From contig BROI01000012.1 in NCBI GenBank assembly GCA_027923505.1, positions 248,001-312,000 on the forward strand: 64,000 nucleotides of DNA. Reading direction: 5' to 3'. The DNA is from Mayamaea pseudoterrestris (Eukaryota). Position numbers and translations under genes: made by a program. Below are positions 45,262 to 56,060 of the stretch, piece after piece. Below the pieces are notes generated by a model, which did not search any database, was not told the DNA's origin, and saw nothing but the letters and a program-made list of their open reading frames with translations. Numbering within the stretch: position 1 is the first letter of the stretch; every line of letters begins with the position of its first letter.

Positions 45262-48200
45262 CTACTTCTCAGGCTTAGTATAGTCCAATACCATGCCGAG
45301 GTAGTCGTGCACTTTTCCGCGTGACTTATTCATTGGAGTCTCCTTGCCAAACTCCTCATCCATCTGCGCGATGAACTCATCCACTACGCTCACGTCGACG
45401 TGCGAAATCTTCAAATCGTCCACGTGCCATCCCACGGTGATTTGCTTCCCATTGACAATCTTGTTGCACACACACGGATCGTACGGGTTCTTCTCGAAGC
45501 CCCACTCAAGCAATTTTGCGGACAACTTCTCCCAGAATAGTCGCGCTGCTCGAAGCGTACCATAAAGCGCCATGAGTAATTCAACATACATGACTTTCTC
45601 GCCATTCTCCATTGTGACGCAAGGCTCGTACATCTCGCGATCAATTTCCAACAGTAGCTCCACCATCTTCCCAGTGAAACGAACGTGCACCAACTCATCC
45701 ATTTCCGCTTGCATGAAAGCACCCGGTACATCAACCACAGCAACCTCGCGCCCTTCCATAGCGTCAATGATAGCTGTCAGAAAGATGGCCTCTGTCGCTA
45801 TCGTTGGAGATGCTGCGTCTTCCTTTGCAGTGTATGCTCGTTGCTTGCGTCCATCCGCGCATCCGCGTCCCTTCACAGTCCCGCATCTCTTGCGCTTGAG
45901 AAACATCAAATACGCCAGAGCGTCCTTGCGCTGCTGCGGAGTCAGAGTGCATTGGGGGACTGCCTTCATGACGTGCCTGTCGTGTAGCTGCTGCATTTCC
46001 TTGCGCACTGCCTCCACTCCAGCATCGCCAAAAGCCTTTAAACCTTGTCGCATATTCATCTGTGCCGTGACGAGTGGCTCCGACACTTCCTCTGCAGCGT
46101 CGAGCGTGAACAAATGAGCGAACGAGCGAGGTTTGCGCGCACGCAGGCCATACCGACCAGTGCGTGGGCCATAGCGCGCATCGAAATCCTCTTCGTCTGC
46201 AGCAGCTGGCACTCCTTCAATTTCGCCTTCATCGGGCACTCCTTCAATTTCGCCATCATCCACGGCTGGCGCGTCGTCAAGTTCGCCGTCAATGGCCTCA
46301 CCATCCTCGTCGTTCGGCACTCCTTCGATTGCGCCGTCAGCACCATCGTCGTCGTCGTCGTCGTCATCGGTCGCATTCACTCCTTCGCTTCCGCCGGCAG
46401 AGTCGTCGTCACCGCGAGAAGCGTCGTCATCATAATCAGAGTCATCATCATCCTCGGCGTCATCTTCGTGCCACATGACTGGCTCAGCAGCCTCCGCAAC
46501 ACGGTGGCGGTCCATGAACACGATGCCCGGATTGGCCTTCTGTTGACGAGCGAGACGATGCACGCGCTCAATGACATCATCAGGCATGGGCAAAGGCGTA
46601 GCGTGCCCACGATTCAGAACTTTGCCCGAAGACAAACTGAGGAAATAAAACCCACCCTGCACATTACCAGTCGGGCGCAGAGCCAGCGCACCGATCGTGC
46701 GCGCCTGCATGTCATTGCTGTGCGACTCATGCGTTTGCACATACTGACCAAATTCATACTTGCAATGCCGATTAAAGTCAACTGTCTGACCAGTCACAAT
46801 AGTGCGTGGACTGAGATCCTTCGAAATGCCACGCTCGTTCGGAAACGCATTCAACCAAAACACGGCAGACTTCGTCATTTCGATAACCAAGCGTGCCGGC
46901 ACGTGCTTAAATGGCAACGTGTTGTATGTCGCGCGCACCCGTTCTTTCACGACACGGATAAAACGTTCAATTTCGCCAACGTGTTCATCCTCAGATGTCG
47001 CATTGAGCGCCACTCCGAGATCAGCCAACGCGCCAAGCATTGGAGCGAACTCCCCATCCATCAGAGCCGCGACGACACGGAACCCACCGCGTGCGTAAAT
47101 CTTCAACACAGACTCGATTGCCTTCAACATAACCGGAAGCGTACGGTTTTGAATCACCTCAACCGTAGCAAAACGAATGCTGCGGGAGAACGTCACCAAC
47201 ATAGGGACTTTGTTGATATACATGATGTCAGCACAAAGAGTAACGTCTCGATAGCGACTCATGATAGCCGGTGGAAGCTGCTCAACAATCGCAGGCTTCA
47301 CCAGATGCGACGCGCGACGCGTCGTCTTTCCTTTTAACGAGCCAACATCTGGTCCAAAGATGTGCTCAGCAGCCAGGATGTCGGCCTTCGTCACAGGACA
47401 GTTCGGCAACTGATTGCTAGTAACGATGCGCAGGTAATCCTTGAGGCTTGGCCGTCCAATTTTGATTTGCAGTTCCCTAGCTCTAACAGCGCGTAAATAG
47501 TCATCATTGGTGTAGTTAGTACGGTTATCGTCTACCGTAGTCAACATCGCCACTCCATCCTTGACATCGCTGCGCTTGCCCTTCGAAAAGCTCTCGCAAA
47601 CATACAGCCCAGAGTCAGTCTCGACAAACTCTCGCTGCTTACCATCCGGCTTCTCCACAACGAACATTGGACGATCCACGCCGTGCATGAGATACTCCAC
47701 GGTAAACTTCTTGCGGACTTGCGCCAAACTCAAAATGTTCGCCAGTCCCTGCGGATACCACCACACCGGACCATAGCCCTCCAGGTCGCCCATCATGTTC
47801 GTCCTTACTGTACCAGCGTTGCACTTGATCACCATCCACGTTGGCACCGGGCGAATGTTCGTCAGCATCTTGGCGTTGCAGAACAGATCCACTGTCGACT
47901 GATTGTCCAAGAGCACAGCCTTCTTCGAGATGTTCACCTTCGGCGGCTGCGCGAACATGTATCCGACCTCATCGTCGTCATCGCTTTCTTCCTCGCTACC
48001 CAGCGTGAAGTGCTGCGCCCCACTAGCCTCTGCAGCCGGCGCACTCTCCGTAGACTCCGTTCTCGTAGGACAGTCTCGCTGCACATGACCAACCTGTTGA
48101 CAGGTCCAGCATCTGGGAGGGTCACGCGCTGTACCAGTCGTGTGAAACGCCACGCCCTCGTTCGTTGGCAACGTGGCTTCTCCATCCGCATGCTCACGAC

Positions 48201-49203
48201 GCTGCATGATGTTGTATGCATCGTGGATCGTCAACGGGAAGTTGTCGTGCCCGTCGAGGTAGCAGTTGCGCAAGTGCTTGCAATACCCAGCGTATTCGCC
48301 CGTTGCGCCACGCACGAAAAGCATCGCAAGCTCGAGCTCTTCGGCGGCCTTGATATCCTCCTTGTTCGCCTTGTTACGATTGTCATCCTTGGCAATGTTC
48401 AACGCCACAATCTCGTTGTGCATCGTGACGCCAACCGCCTTCGCCACGTCTGCCAGCGTGACCATGCTTTCGTAATATTTCTGCAGGCTTTCGCGCGCTC
48501 CTTGAGTACGTCCGAACAACTCAGCTTGAATGTCCACGACTTGATCCACAAGTTTGCAGCGCCCTTCGTACGTATGCGAGATCTCCTTGATAATCGCCAG
48601 CAACTTAATTCCGTCCGTGTCCTCCTCGGCGTCTCGGAACTTGGCGTGCGACTTGACACGATCCTTCATACGCTCCGTGCATTGTCCATGCAACACGGCG
48701 TAGAGACCAGCGAGGAAGTCGGAGTATACACGCACGCGCTCGACATGCTCTTTCTTGTCGGCCTTGTATTCCTCGAGCATTATGGACCAGTCCGAGTCCG
48801 TCGTGTCGGCATCCTTCGTTGGACGTGCAGGCTCGTCAGGAATCTCCAGTTCCACGTTGCGCATGCCCTTGAGCAGCTCCTTGGTATATTTCTTGTAGGA
48901 GCGCCCGACGAAAGTGATGATCTCGTTCGTCGTACGGATGAATCCATCGGGATCGCGCGAACCGTTATAGTCGTAGATGAATCCAGCGAGCGTCGGCTCG
49001 CTTCCTTGGAAATTTCCACTCGGCGCACGACTCGGTCCGTTGAGTCTGTTACCATTGCCTTGATTCCCGGAACGATTCCCAGCACGATTCCCACGACGAT
49101 AATGACGGTTGCGTCGGTTTCCTTCGCTTGCTGGCGGAGCGGGAGGTGCACCTCCACCGCTCGACGCCGCTCCTGTCGTCGGAGTATTGCTCGTCGAAGA
49201 CAT
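45262..49203 (-). CDS. Copia gag-pol polyprotein (gag CCHC, protease, integrase, RT)
   Basis: CWTCQQVGHVQRDC; LLDNQST; ADIMY...MDGEF...EIERFIRVVKE; KGRGCADG, DVPGAFM, LYGTLRAARLFW, HVDD. Confidence 0.95.
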   Translation of the reverse strand: MSSTSNTPTTGAASSGGGAPPAPPASEGNRRNRHYRRGNRAGNRSGNQGNGNRLNGPSRAPSGNFQGSEPTLAGFIYDYNGSRDPDGFIRTTNEIITFVGRSYKKYTKELLKGMRNVELEIPDEPARPTKDADTTDSDWSIMLEEYKADKKEHVERVRVYSDFLAGLYAVLHGQCTERMKDRVKSHAKFRDAEEDTDGIKLLAIIKEISHTYEGRCKLVDQVVDIQAELFGRTQGARESLQKYYESMVTLADVAKAVGVTMHNEIVALNIAKDDNRNKANKEDIKAAEELELAMLFVRGATGEYAGYCKHLRNCYLDGHDNFPLTIHDAYNIMQRREHADGEATLPTNEGVAFHTTGTARDPPRCWTCQQVGHVQRDCPTRTESTESAPAAEASGAQHFTLGSEEESDDDDEVGYMFAQPPKVNISKKAVLLDNQSTVDLFCNAKMLTNIRPVPTWMVIKCNAGTVRTNMMGDLEGYGPVWWYPQGLANILSLAQVRKKFTVEYLMHGVDRPMFVVEKPDGKQREFVETDSGLYVCESFSKGKRSDVKDGVAMLTTVDDNRTNYTNDDYLRAVRARELQIKIGRPSLKDYLRIVTSNQLPNCPVTKADILAAEHIFGPDVGSLKGKTTRRASHLVKPAIVEQLPPAIMSRYRDVTLCADIMYINKVPMLVTFSRSIRFATVEVIQNRTLPVMLKAIESVLKIYARGGFRVVAALMDGEFAPMLGALADLGVALNATSEDEHVGEIERFIRVVKERVRATYNTLPFKHVPARLVIEMTKSAVFWLNAFPNERGISKDLSPRTIVTGQTVDFNRHCKYEFGQYVQTHESHSNDMQARTIGALALRPTGNVQGGFYFLSLSSGKVLNRGHATPLPMPDDVIERVHRLARQQKANPGIVFMDRHRVAEAAEPVMWHEDDAEDDDDSDYDDDASRGDDDSAGGSEGVNATDDDDDDDDGADGAIEGVPNDEDGEAIDGELDDAPAVDDGEIEGVPDEGEIEGVPAAADEEDFDARYGPRTGRYGLRARKPRSFAHLFTLDAAEEVSEPLVTAQMNMRQGLKAFGDAGVEAVRKEMQQLHDRHVMKAVPQCTLTPQQRKDALAYLMFLKRKRCGTVKGRGCADGRKQRAYTAKEDAASPTIATEAIFLTAIIDAMEGREVAVVDVPGAFMQAEMDELVHVRFTGKMVELLLEIDREMYEPCVTMENGEKVMYVELLMALYGTLRAARLFWEKLSAKLLEWGFEKNPYDPCVCNKIVNGKQITVGWHVDDLKISHVDVSVVDEFIAQMDEEFGKETPMNKSRGKVHDYLGMVLDYTKPEK

Positions 49204-49230
49204 GTCTTTTCACTCGCTTCTTGGAGAAAA

Positions 49231-49441
49231 TGTTGGATCTAGAATATATCTTGCGCGCCCTTGAAGCGACACTAATGATTAAGCAGAACAGAGTCAATAA
49301 AACCACTTTACTTATTTTCTCCAAGAAGTGATCGTCCTCGATCCACTCCTTCGGTTGCCGCTTACCGCGCTTACTTAAATGTGACCGTCTTCGTGACGTC
49401 ACCGCTGCCGCTTCGGTTTGGGTTCTCATCCATGCTCAACA
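49231..49441 (-). repeat. 5' LTR
   Basis: 211 bp, TG...CA termini, followed by a non-tRNA PBS-position sequence and the gag ATG 27 nt downstream. Confidence 0.95.
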
Positions 49442-49874
49442 CTGCAGACTCCTTGCTCGACTCTCATGGTCGGAGACGAGACGACTGGTATCTGTTATTC
49501 GCCTCTGCCATTTTTTCGTTCGCTCCAACAGTCACCGCCATTGCCGAAAAATACATCATTTTCGTCAATAATTAACGTGGAAGTAGTATACGCCTTGCTT
49601 GACAGTACAAGTAGTCGAGGACGAGAATGGCGAGCTTGGTCAGTTGTGATGGACGGCGTGTGATGCCATGGCCAAGTTTGGCGGTCGATCGCCACACGGA
49701 ACATGAGTACCGATGCGAGGGTAGAAGATTTGTGAACCGATGCGACTTCAAGATCGCGTGACAGCCAACGCGTTTCATTTTATCGGCAAATCAGCAAATC
49801 AGCATGGGATCATCATTTACTACGTAACCAAGAAGGTACTCTCTCACCACAAACGTTATTTGAGCAACTGTTAC

Positions 49875-50981
49875 ATGATGATGGCGACAAATTGGTGCTT
49901 CTCTTTTCCTTTTATAATATTCGTCAGCATGATGATTTGCCATTTGCAGAATGCGACAGCCTGGACAACGTCAAAGCATCACCATCACACAAAGTACGTT
50001 ATCAAACAATCATCATCTCCACGACCATCACACACGCAACTGTACATGATTTCCAACATGTTTTCCAACGATCCAAAACTCCCCGATCTGCCGCGCGATG
50101 TCAAGACTGCCGTTTCCAACTGCCGCGCCGCCGTGCAAGCCGCGCTGCAGCAGCGCTCGAGTCGCATGGACATCACCTTTCCCGTCGGCACCAAGTTTGG
50201 TGTCGAGCAAGCGACGAAATCGAATCGTAGAGATCGTTTGAATCAAAATGTGCCGAGTGTATCGGATTTTGAACGATCCGATCGGGAGCTGGCGCGTCTA
50301 TTTGTCGACATGTTTCAGCCGGTGGGTGGTGCCAATATATGCGTCGTCTTTCGTGACGCAAACGCTGCCAACCAAGCCAAGCAGCAGTGGAAAAATGACG
50401 CCACAATACAGTGTAACATTCTGTCGGTCGATCAACGAAAAGTGCAAGCCAAGAAACGAAAACAGGCCGCGTCGGGCAAGGGATTCGCGGCCAAGATTGG
50501 AGTGGAACTGTTGGTAAAAGATGATGACAATACCAGTGCTTCTGGACCCTTTTCGCTACCAGCCAATACGGAAGTAGCATTGTTTGTGGCGCCGCAACAA
50601 AAGGAGTTGGTGACGGTGGAACGCATCTGCAGCCAAGTCGGCATGGACACACTCATCATTCTGCTGAATGCACGCATATCGAGCGATCAAACCTTTGCTT
50701 CGCCGGAAGCAAAACAGCTCTTTACGCAAGACTTTGATCCAGTCTTTACGCTCGTCGCGGCTCCACAGGAGGTTGCTCCGGGATGCTTGCTGTATCGGGC
50801 CTTTCCGAACGACTGGGTCCTGGCGCGCAAGCCAAAGGTGGGCAAGCCAGTGTCGATAATTTCCTCGCCGCGCCGATTGACGGTGGAGGAATGCCGCGCA
50901 GCGTATGAAAGCATCAAAGTATCTGACGTGGAGAAGGGCATTGATAACGTTGTAGACACTTTGGCAGGATGGTTGCAATGA
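49875..50981 (+). CDS. Plastid DUF1995-domain protein
   Basis: Bipartite presequence (ATA-WTT); AVQAALQQRSSRMDITFP...DRELARLF...IILLNAR...LLYRAFPNDWVL. Confidence 0.7.
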   Translation: MMMATNWCFSFPFIIFVSMMICHLQNATAWTTSKHHHHTKYVIKQSSSPRPSHTQLYMISNMFSNDPKLPDLPRDVKTAVSNCRAAVQAALQQRSSRMDITFPVGTKFGVEQATKSNRRDRLNQNVPSVSDFERSDRELARLFVDMFQPVGGANICVVFRDANAANQAKQQWKNDATIQCNILSVDQRKVQAKKRKQAASGKGFAAKIGVELLVKDDDNTSASGPFSLPANTEVALFVAPQQKELVTVERICSQVGMDTLIILLNARISSDQTFASPEAKQLFTQDFDPVFTLVAAPQEVAPGCLLYRAFPNDWVLARKPKVGKPVSIISSPRRLTVEECRAAYESIKVSDVEKGIDNVVDTLAGWLQ

Positions 50982-51451
50982 GACTGTCAATGGTTCGATG
51001 GATGGAAGTATCGAACTTGGGGAAAAACTTGACACAATATTTAGGCCATCAACATTGAAGGCCATTTCTTTGAAAAGCCCGACAAATTGCTAGCATGCTG
51101 TTGTGTACACTTGATGATAACATATATCGTATAGTGACCTGATTATCGCTTGTATGACACGTGCATGTAAATAGCGGGTCGCGATAAGCACACTTTGACC
51201 ATGAGACTCGTTGACTTACGCAATGCACACATGATAGCATGCACTTTGCAGGACGCAAGCTAGTTTTCTTGCCATCATTATACAAATCTATGGCAAAGAT
51301 GTTAAAAAGATGTAAAGACGATAGATAAAGCATAAGTCTACTCCAACTCAATCAACAGCCGAAGCAACTTTAAGTTGGATATTCTTCTACGAGTTGGCAT
51401 GAGGGAAGAGTAACATGGCGAATTCTTTCAAGCCACAATGGCAAGGCATTC

Positions 51452-54400
51452 TTACTTGAAACGGGAATTAAATCCAAATTGAATCTCTTCGTCCAGCCAG
51501 CTTCCGCCTCGTCGTCCATTGACGTTCGGTGCTACATTGGATCGACGAGGCGCTTTGTTCAATCGCTCCTTGCTATTCTTGTCAGTGCTCTGAACGCGAC
51601 CATCATCGATTTTATCATGGTGACGCTTCTTGAGGGCTGATCGGAGTGGTAGAGTCGCCGACGTCGCTGAAGTGGATGTCATGCTCTCTGGTTTGGCCGC
51701 ATTAATCAATGTCTTTTTCGTCGCGTGACTTTCGTGGGGTAGCTTGGTCAATACGACAGACGAGGACAAGGTTGATGGTTTGGAATTGAGCTTGTCCAGG
51801 TAGCTTGGCTTGTCGCTTCTCGCTTTCCCTTCTTGACGATCAGAAGGGTTTTTGCTTTGAGACTTTGTCTGTTCGGTTGTCGACTTGTTTTTCTTTGAAA
51901 GCGAATCAGAAGAAGTGGTGCCTTTGCTTGATAATTTGGTCTTTGAGGCGTCTTTGTTACCCTTCACGTTGTCTTTTGAATGGCGGACGTTCTTCCCACT
52001 GCTTCCATCCCTTTCCTTCGACGAGACATGGCGAAAGTCGTCCTTATAGCCGCGGCCGTCAAAGCTTGGGTGGCGCATGCGTCCACTATCGTTTGACTTT
52101 GAATTTGCATCGTGCGGGTGCTTAGAACGTGAGCTGGCATGGCCATCCTTCGACTTTTCGATCACTTTGCCGTCCTTGCTGTTGCCCGCATACTTTTCTT
52201 TGGAAGAACCGCGACGGGAAGTGTCCTTGCCCGCATTGTCCGCGCTGGAACTGCGTTGGCGATCCTTTGTCTTGCTGTCAGGTTGGGTGTTGCTGTTGCG
52301 GCGCGGGCCCGAGCTGGATTGCGATCGCTGCTTGGTGGTATCCTTCGTTTTGCCAGTCAATTCGATGCCGCCATTCGTCGTATTGTGAAGACTTTTCGAA
52401 TTGTCCTTGCTGGAGTCGCTTGCACGTACCTTCGCCATTGCCTGGGAGCCCTCTTTCTTGGAATTCCGGTCATCTTTTGCTTCGCGCTGCTTTCTGCCAC
52501 TGCGGTGCTGGCCGTCGGTAGACTGAGAATGACGTTTCTTGGAGACGACGGCAAATTGGTCGGAATGTTGCTCGCTGCGCGGACGCGAACTTTGATCCGA
52601 CTTGCTTCGTTTCTTCTCTCCGTCGGTCGAATCGTTGAACAACTTCTTGGTGACATCGCTAGTGACATTCGAACTTGAACTAGAACGGTGTTTTTTGGCA
52701 TTCCGATTGGTCTTTGGCATATGAACGTCGTCACGAGGGCGTGAAAGATGCTTTTCATGTCGGCCATCAAAATTGCTTCGAGCCGTGTCCGTGTTGCTCG
52801 AAAGGAGCTGCGCCTTGAACTCGTCGGTTTCTGCCATATCTTTGCCGCTTTGGGTGAGAATGTCTTGATGGGATGATGTTCCAGACTTCTTACGATCCTT
52901 TTCAGCCTTGTCGGTGCTGGTTGCATCATGGTTACCTAACGAGTCTTTCTCGAGCTTTGCACTCAACTGCTTAGCAGTCTGATGCTTGTCATTCCGACTC
53001 GCCCGCCCGGCAACTGCATCATTCTTTTCTAAAGATGGCTCAGTTTCAGCTGCCTTATCGCCACCATTTGATGACTTTGGCTTGCTAACAAAATCTAGAG
53101 AAGCGCTTGGCGCAATTCGTTCGTTGTCTACCGAAGGCAAGACATCCCAGTGGACCTTTTTATGACCCAGTGGCTGCGCGTCCTCATCATCGTCATGGTC
53201 CGCTTGACTAAAGGAATCATAGAGATCCCGAGGCTTGGCGACGCTAATTATGTCAGCATCGGTGATGAATGTCGTGCTTTGTTTTGTCACGCGCAGTTTT
53301 TCCTTGTGTCGCAAAATCTTTTCAAGATTCTCGTGACTGCCGACCGTCTCCTTATGCCTTTCAGTGGCGTCGCCGTTATCCGATTCAAGTCCTTGCGTGC
53401 GCTTCTGGCGAAGTTCTTCTTTGCGCTTGCGATCGGCCTTGGAGGCTTGCTCTACTTTGGCGCGCTCAGCTTCTTCCCGTTCGCTAGCTTCCATGAGCTC
53501 CCTTGCCATTTTCCGTGCCGAGTCAAGACGCTTCTTGCAGTACACGTGGATTGGGAAAAGGCATTCCTTTTTCTGTCTTTTAAAGGTTTTTGCTGGATCG
53601 TAAACGAAGCTGATATCCTCAAGAGCGGGGTACGCTAGCACGAAGGAGGGATGCATAGTGAGAAAGGCTACGAGAAACGTACATAAAGAGCCGTACAAAG
53701 GCTTACCTTTCAAGTAACGCGCAGACTTGACCTTTATCTCAGTTTCGGGTAGCGTAATCCCTGCAAGCTCCTCCTTGTAGACCGCAGGAGCGTCTTCAGT
53801 CTCAGATCGATCCTTCTCCGCTTGCAAACCATGGATCGACTCTTCAATCGCGACCGTTTCAGTACCCAATTCATCCAAAGACATGCCCTCCTGGTCAAGT
53901 TTTGAATCAGCAAGCGCAAGTTCCTCTGTTTCCAATACTCCTTTAGCAAAAAGAAGCTGATGTTCAGCTGCATCCATTGCAGTTTGCGACTCCTTGAGTG
54001 CCTCTTTGGCATAGAGGGATCGTTTGAGAGCGGCTTGCAACTCTTCGTCGCGCTTTTCGCGGAATTCCTCCATAGACGCCCGCAAATGGTCCGCTTCCTT
54101 TTTGATACTCTCATACGCTTTTAAAAACGGAACCCAATGTTGCTGGCGTTGTGTTTCCTCCTCCATCTGCTTGTCGAAGGTGCGATTCAACTCGGCCGCT
54201 TTCACAACCTTTTCTTGGAGTTGACTCTTGCAATCCAGAAGCTCCTTTTCTAAGATGACAACCTCTACCTGGCGCTCATTCTTGGCTGCTTCCTCGACGG
54301 CAGCTGCAGCTGCTTCAGCCATGACAGTCTCGGCAACACGCGCAAAGTCAAGAACAGCCGGCTCGTTGGTGACAAACGGGTGCGGGCTAGTGGAATGACC

Positions 54401-55509
54401 TTCGGTGCGCTGGACTTGAACGAGAGCTTCCCAATTTTCTTGTAAATTCGCATTGGCTTGATGCGCGTCGGTTTCCTTGACCCGCAACAGCTCTTCCGTG
54501 TCAACAATGGCGCCTTCGAGAGAGGCGAGAACATTGTCCGTCGACTCTTTCGCGAGTCGATTCGTTTCGTCTTCTTCCGCAAGTTGTCGCTCAAGATCGG
54601 CTATGTCATGGAGCGCCTGCAGCCGAGATTGTTTGCTGGTTTCAATGTCATTTTCGCGCGCCAAGCCTTCCTCGCGGACTTGAAGAGTCTCTTGAGCACA
54701 TTCAAGTCCTTGCTGTTCCTTGTCCTGGCGAGCGGCTTGGATCGACTCGAACTGTCGCTCGCTATCCTTGAACATTGCCTCCAGCTGCTGGCACTCATCT
54801 AGCCATGTCGTGGCATTTTCGCGGCGAATTTCGCTAGCGGCTGTTATTTTCTCCGTCAGAAAATCGTCGTGACGTTCGTCAACGGCAAAGGAACGTTTCA
54901 TGTCGATAGCAATGCGAACGATTTCTTCAAGCTCTTGGAGATTGTTGCGCGCCCTCTTTTCCTTGTCTTGCGAGATGGCTAAAAGGCGTTGTGCGCTTGC
55001 GAGAAGGTCACGCATGCGAATGACGTTAGATCGGCAAACTCCATTGCTGAACTTGAGGTCCTGCAACTGCTGTTCAAGGATTTCAAGGGCGTTTTCCTTG
55101 CGCTGCTTGAACAATTTCGCGTTTTCGAGTTCGCGAGTAGCTTCCATTTGCTGTTGGTGGAGGATTTGAAGGTCATTGTAGACTGGATATTGACAAGAGG
55201 TAATTATATGAGAGGTTGGAACGAGTCGACAGTCAATGCTGGGGCTCGCTCGCTCCGATCCGGATCCTGGGCCGAATTATTCTTACCTTCCGCCATGGTT
55301 ATGCTCACATTTCGCTGATGCGACGCATTGTTTTGCACCGTCTCGGGTCTCTGTTGCTGGAGCTGCGCCATTCCATGGCCATTTGTCGACGTACGGCGCT
55401 GCGAGTTGAATAGCATTGGACGTGCTGTAGGCGGCGCAGAGGCACGTCCTTGCGTCGATTCATTGTTTTGCTGGAAGCGTCTGCTCGCGTTTCGCTCCCA
55501 CAAGGACAT
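51452..55509 (-). CDS. Large coiled-coil protein with K/S/D/R-rich disordered tail (introns 55286-55183 and probably 53706-53635)
   Basis: 1231-aa ORF plus an upstream exon joined in frame through GTAAGA...CAG; heptad-rich N-terminal half. Confidence 0.7.
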
Positions 55510-56060
55510 GATGTTAGCAAAGAGCAATATGAAGAGAGGCTTGATAGTGCTTATTTGTGTAACTACGGCTTTTTGTCAAGGTAAATGAATTGCATTCGGT
55601 TGCACCATGGTCGAGACGATTGTGATGTGGTGCCACGCGAAGCGCGGCGCGGCGGAGCTGTTAGAATGTCGTAGCGCGACATTCAACGGACATTCTCAAG
55701 TGATACCACTACGACATATGTTAGCGATTTTTCTCCCGAATCTTTGTCGTCAATCAAACTCGTTGGTCCCTTGACGACCTGCAACGAATAGCGTTTAGTT
55801 TCCCATTTTGTATACTATGATATGTGCATGTACTCTGGATCTATCGCAAAGATCGTCACTATCTTCTGCTGACTCGATAAAGCACAAGGGTAAAAGAGTC
55901 GACACTCCACACCCGCGACCTGCCATTCAATATTCGGTGGTTTCGGACACAAAATGCTTGCATCGAAGAGCCACGCAATCAGTTCTCAAATATTTGTCCG
56001 TTGGCTAAAGATTGATCATGCCGCGAAATTTGTTTCAGGTAAAGAGTACGCGACAGATGC

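Larger units (their letters stand above)
44217..49441 (-). mobile_element. Full-length Ty1/copia LTR retrotransposon (diatom CoDi-like)
   Basis: Two 211-bp TG...CA LTRs; 5-bp TSD CTGCA at 44212-44216 and 49442-49446; gag-PR-IN-RT-RH domain order. Confidence 0.97.

Noticed and set aside
45254..45264. TAG CAA TCA as a stop-readthrough signal
   Set aside because: The downstream RT/RH ORF is in a different frame (8-nt gap), so readthrough cannot join them.
46045..49242. Long plus-strand ORFs (430 and 519 aa) in the copia element
   Set aside because: Antisense shadows of gag-pol with no recognisable motifs.
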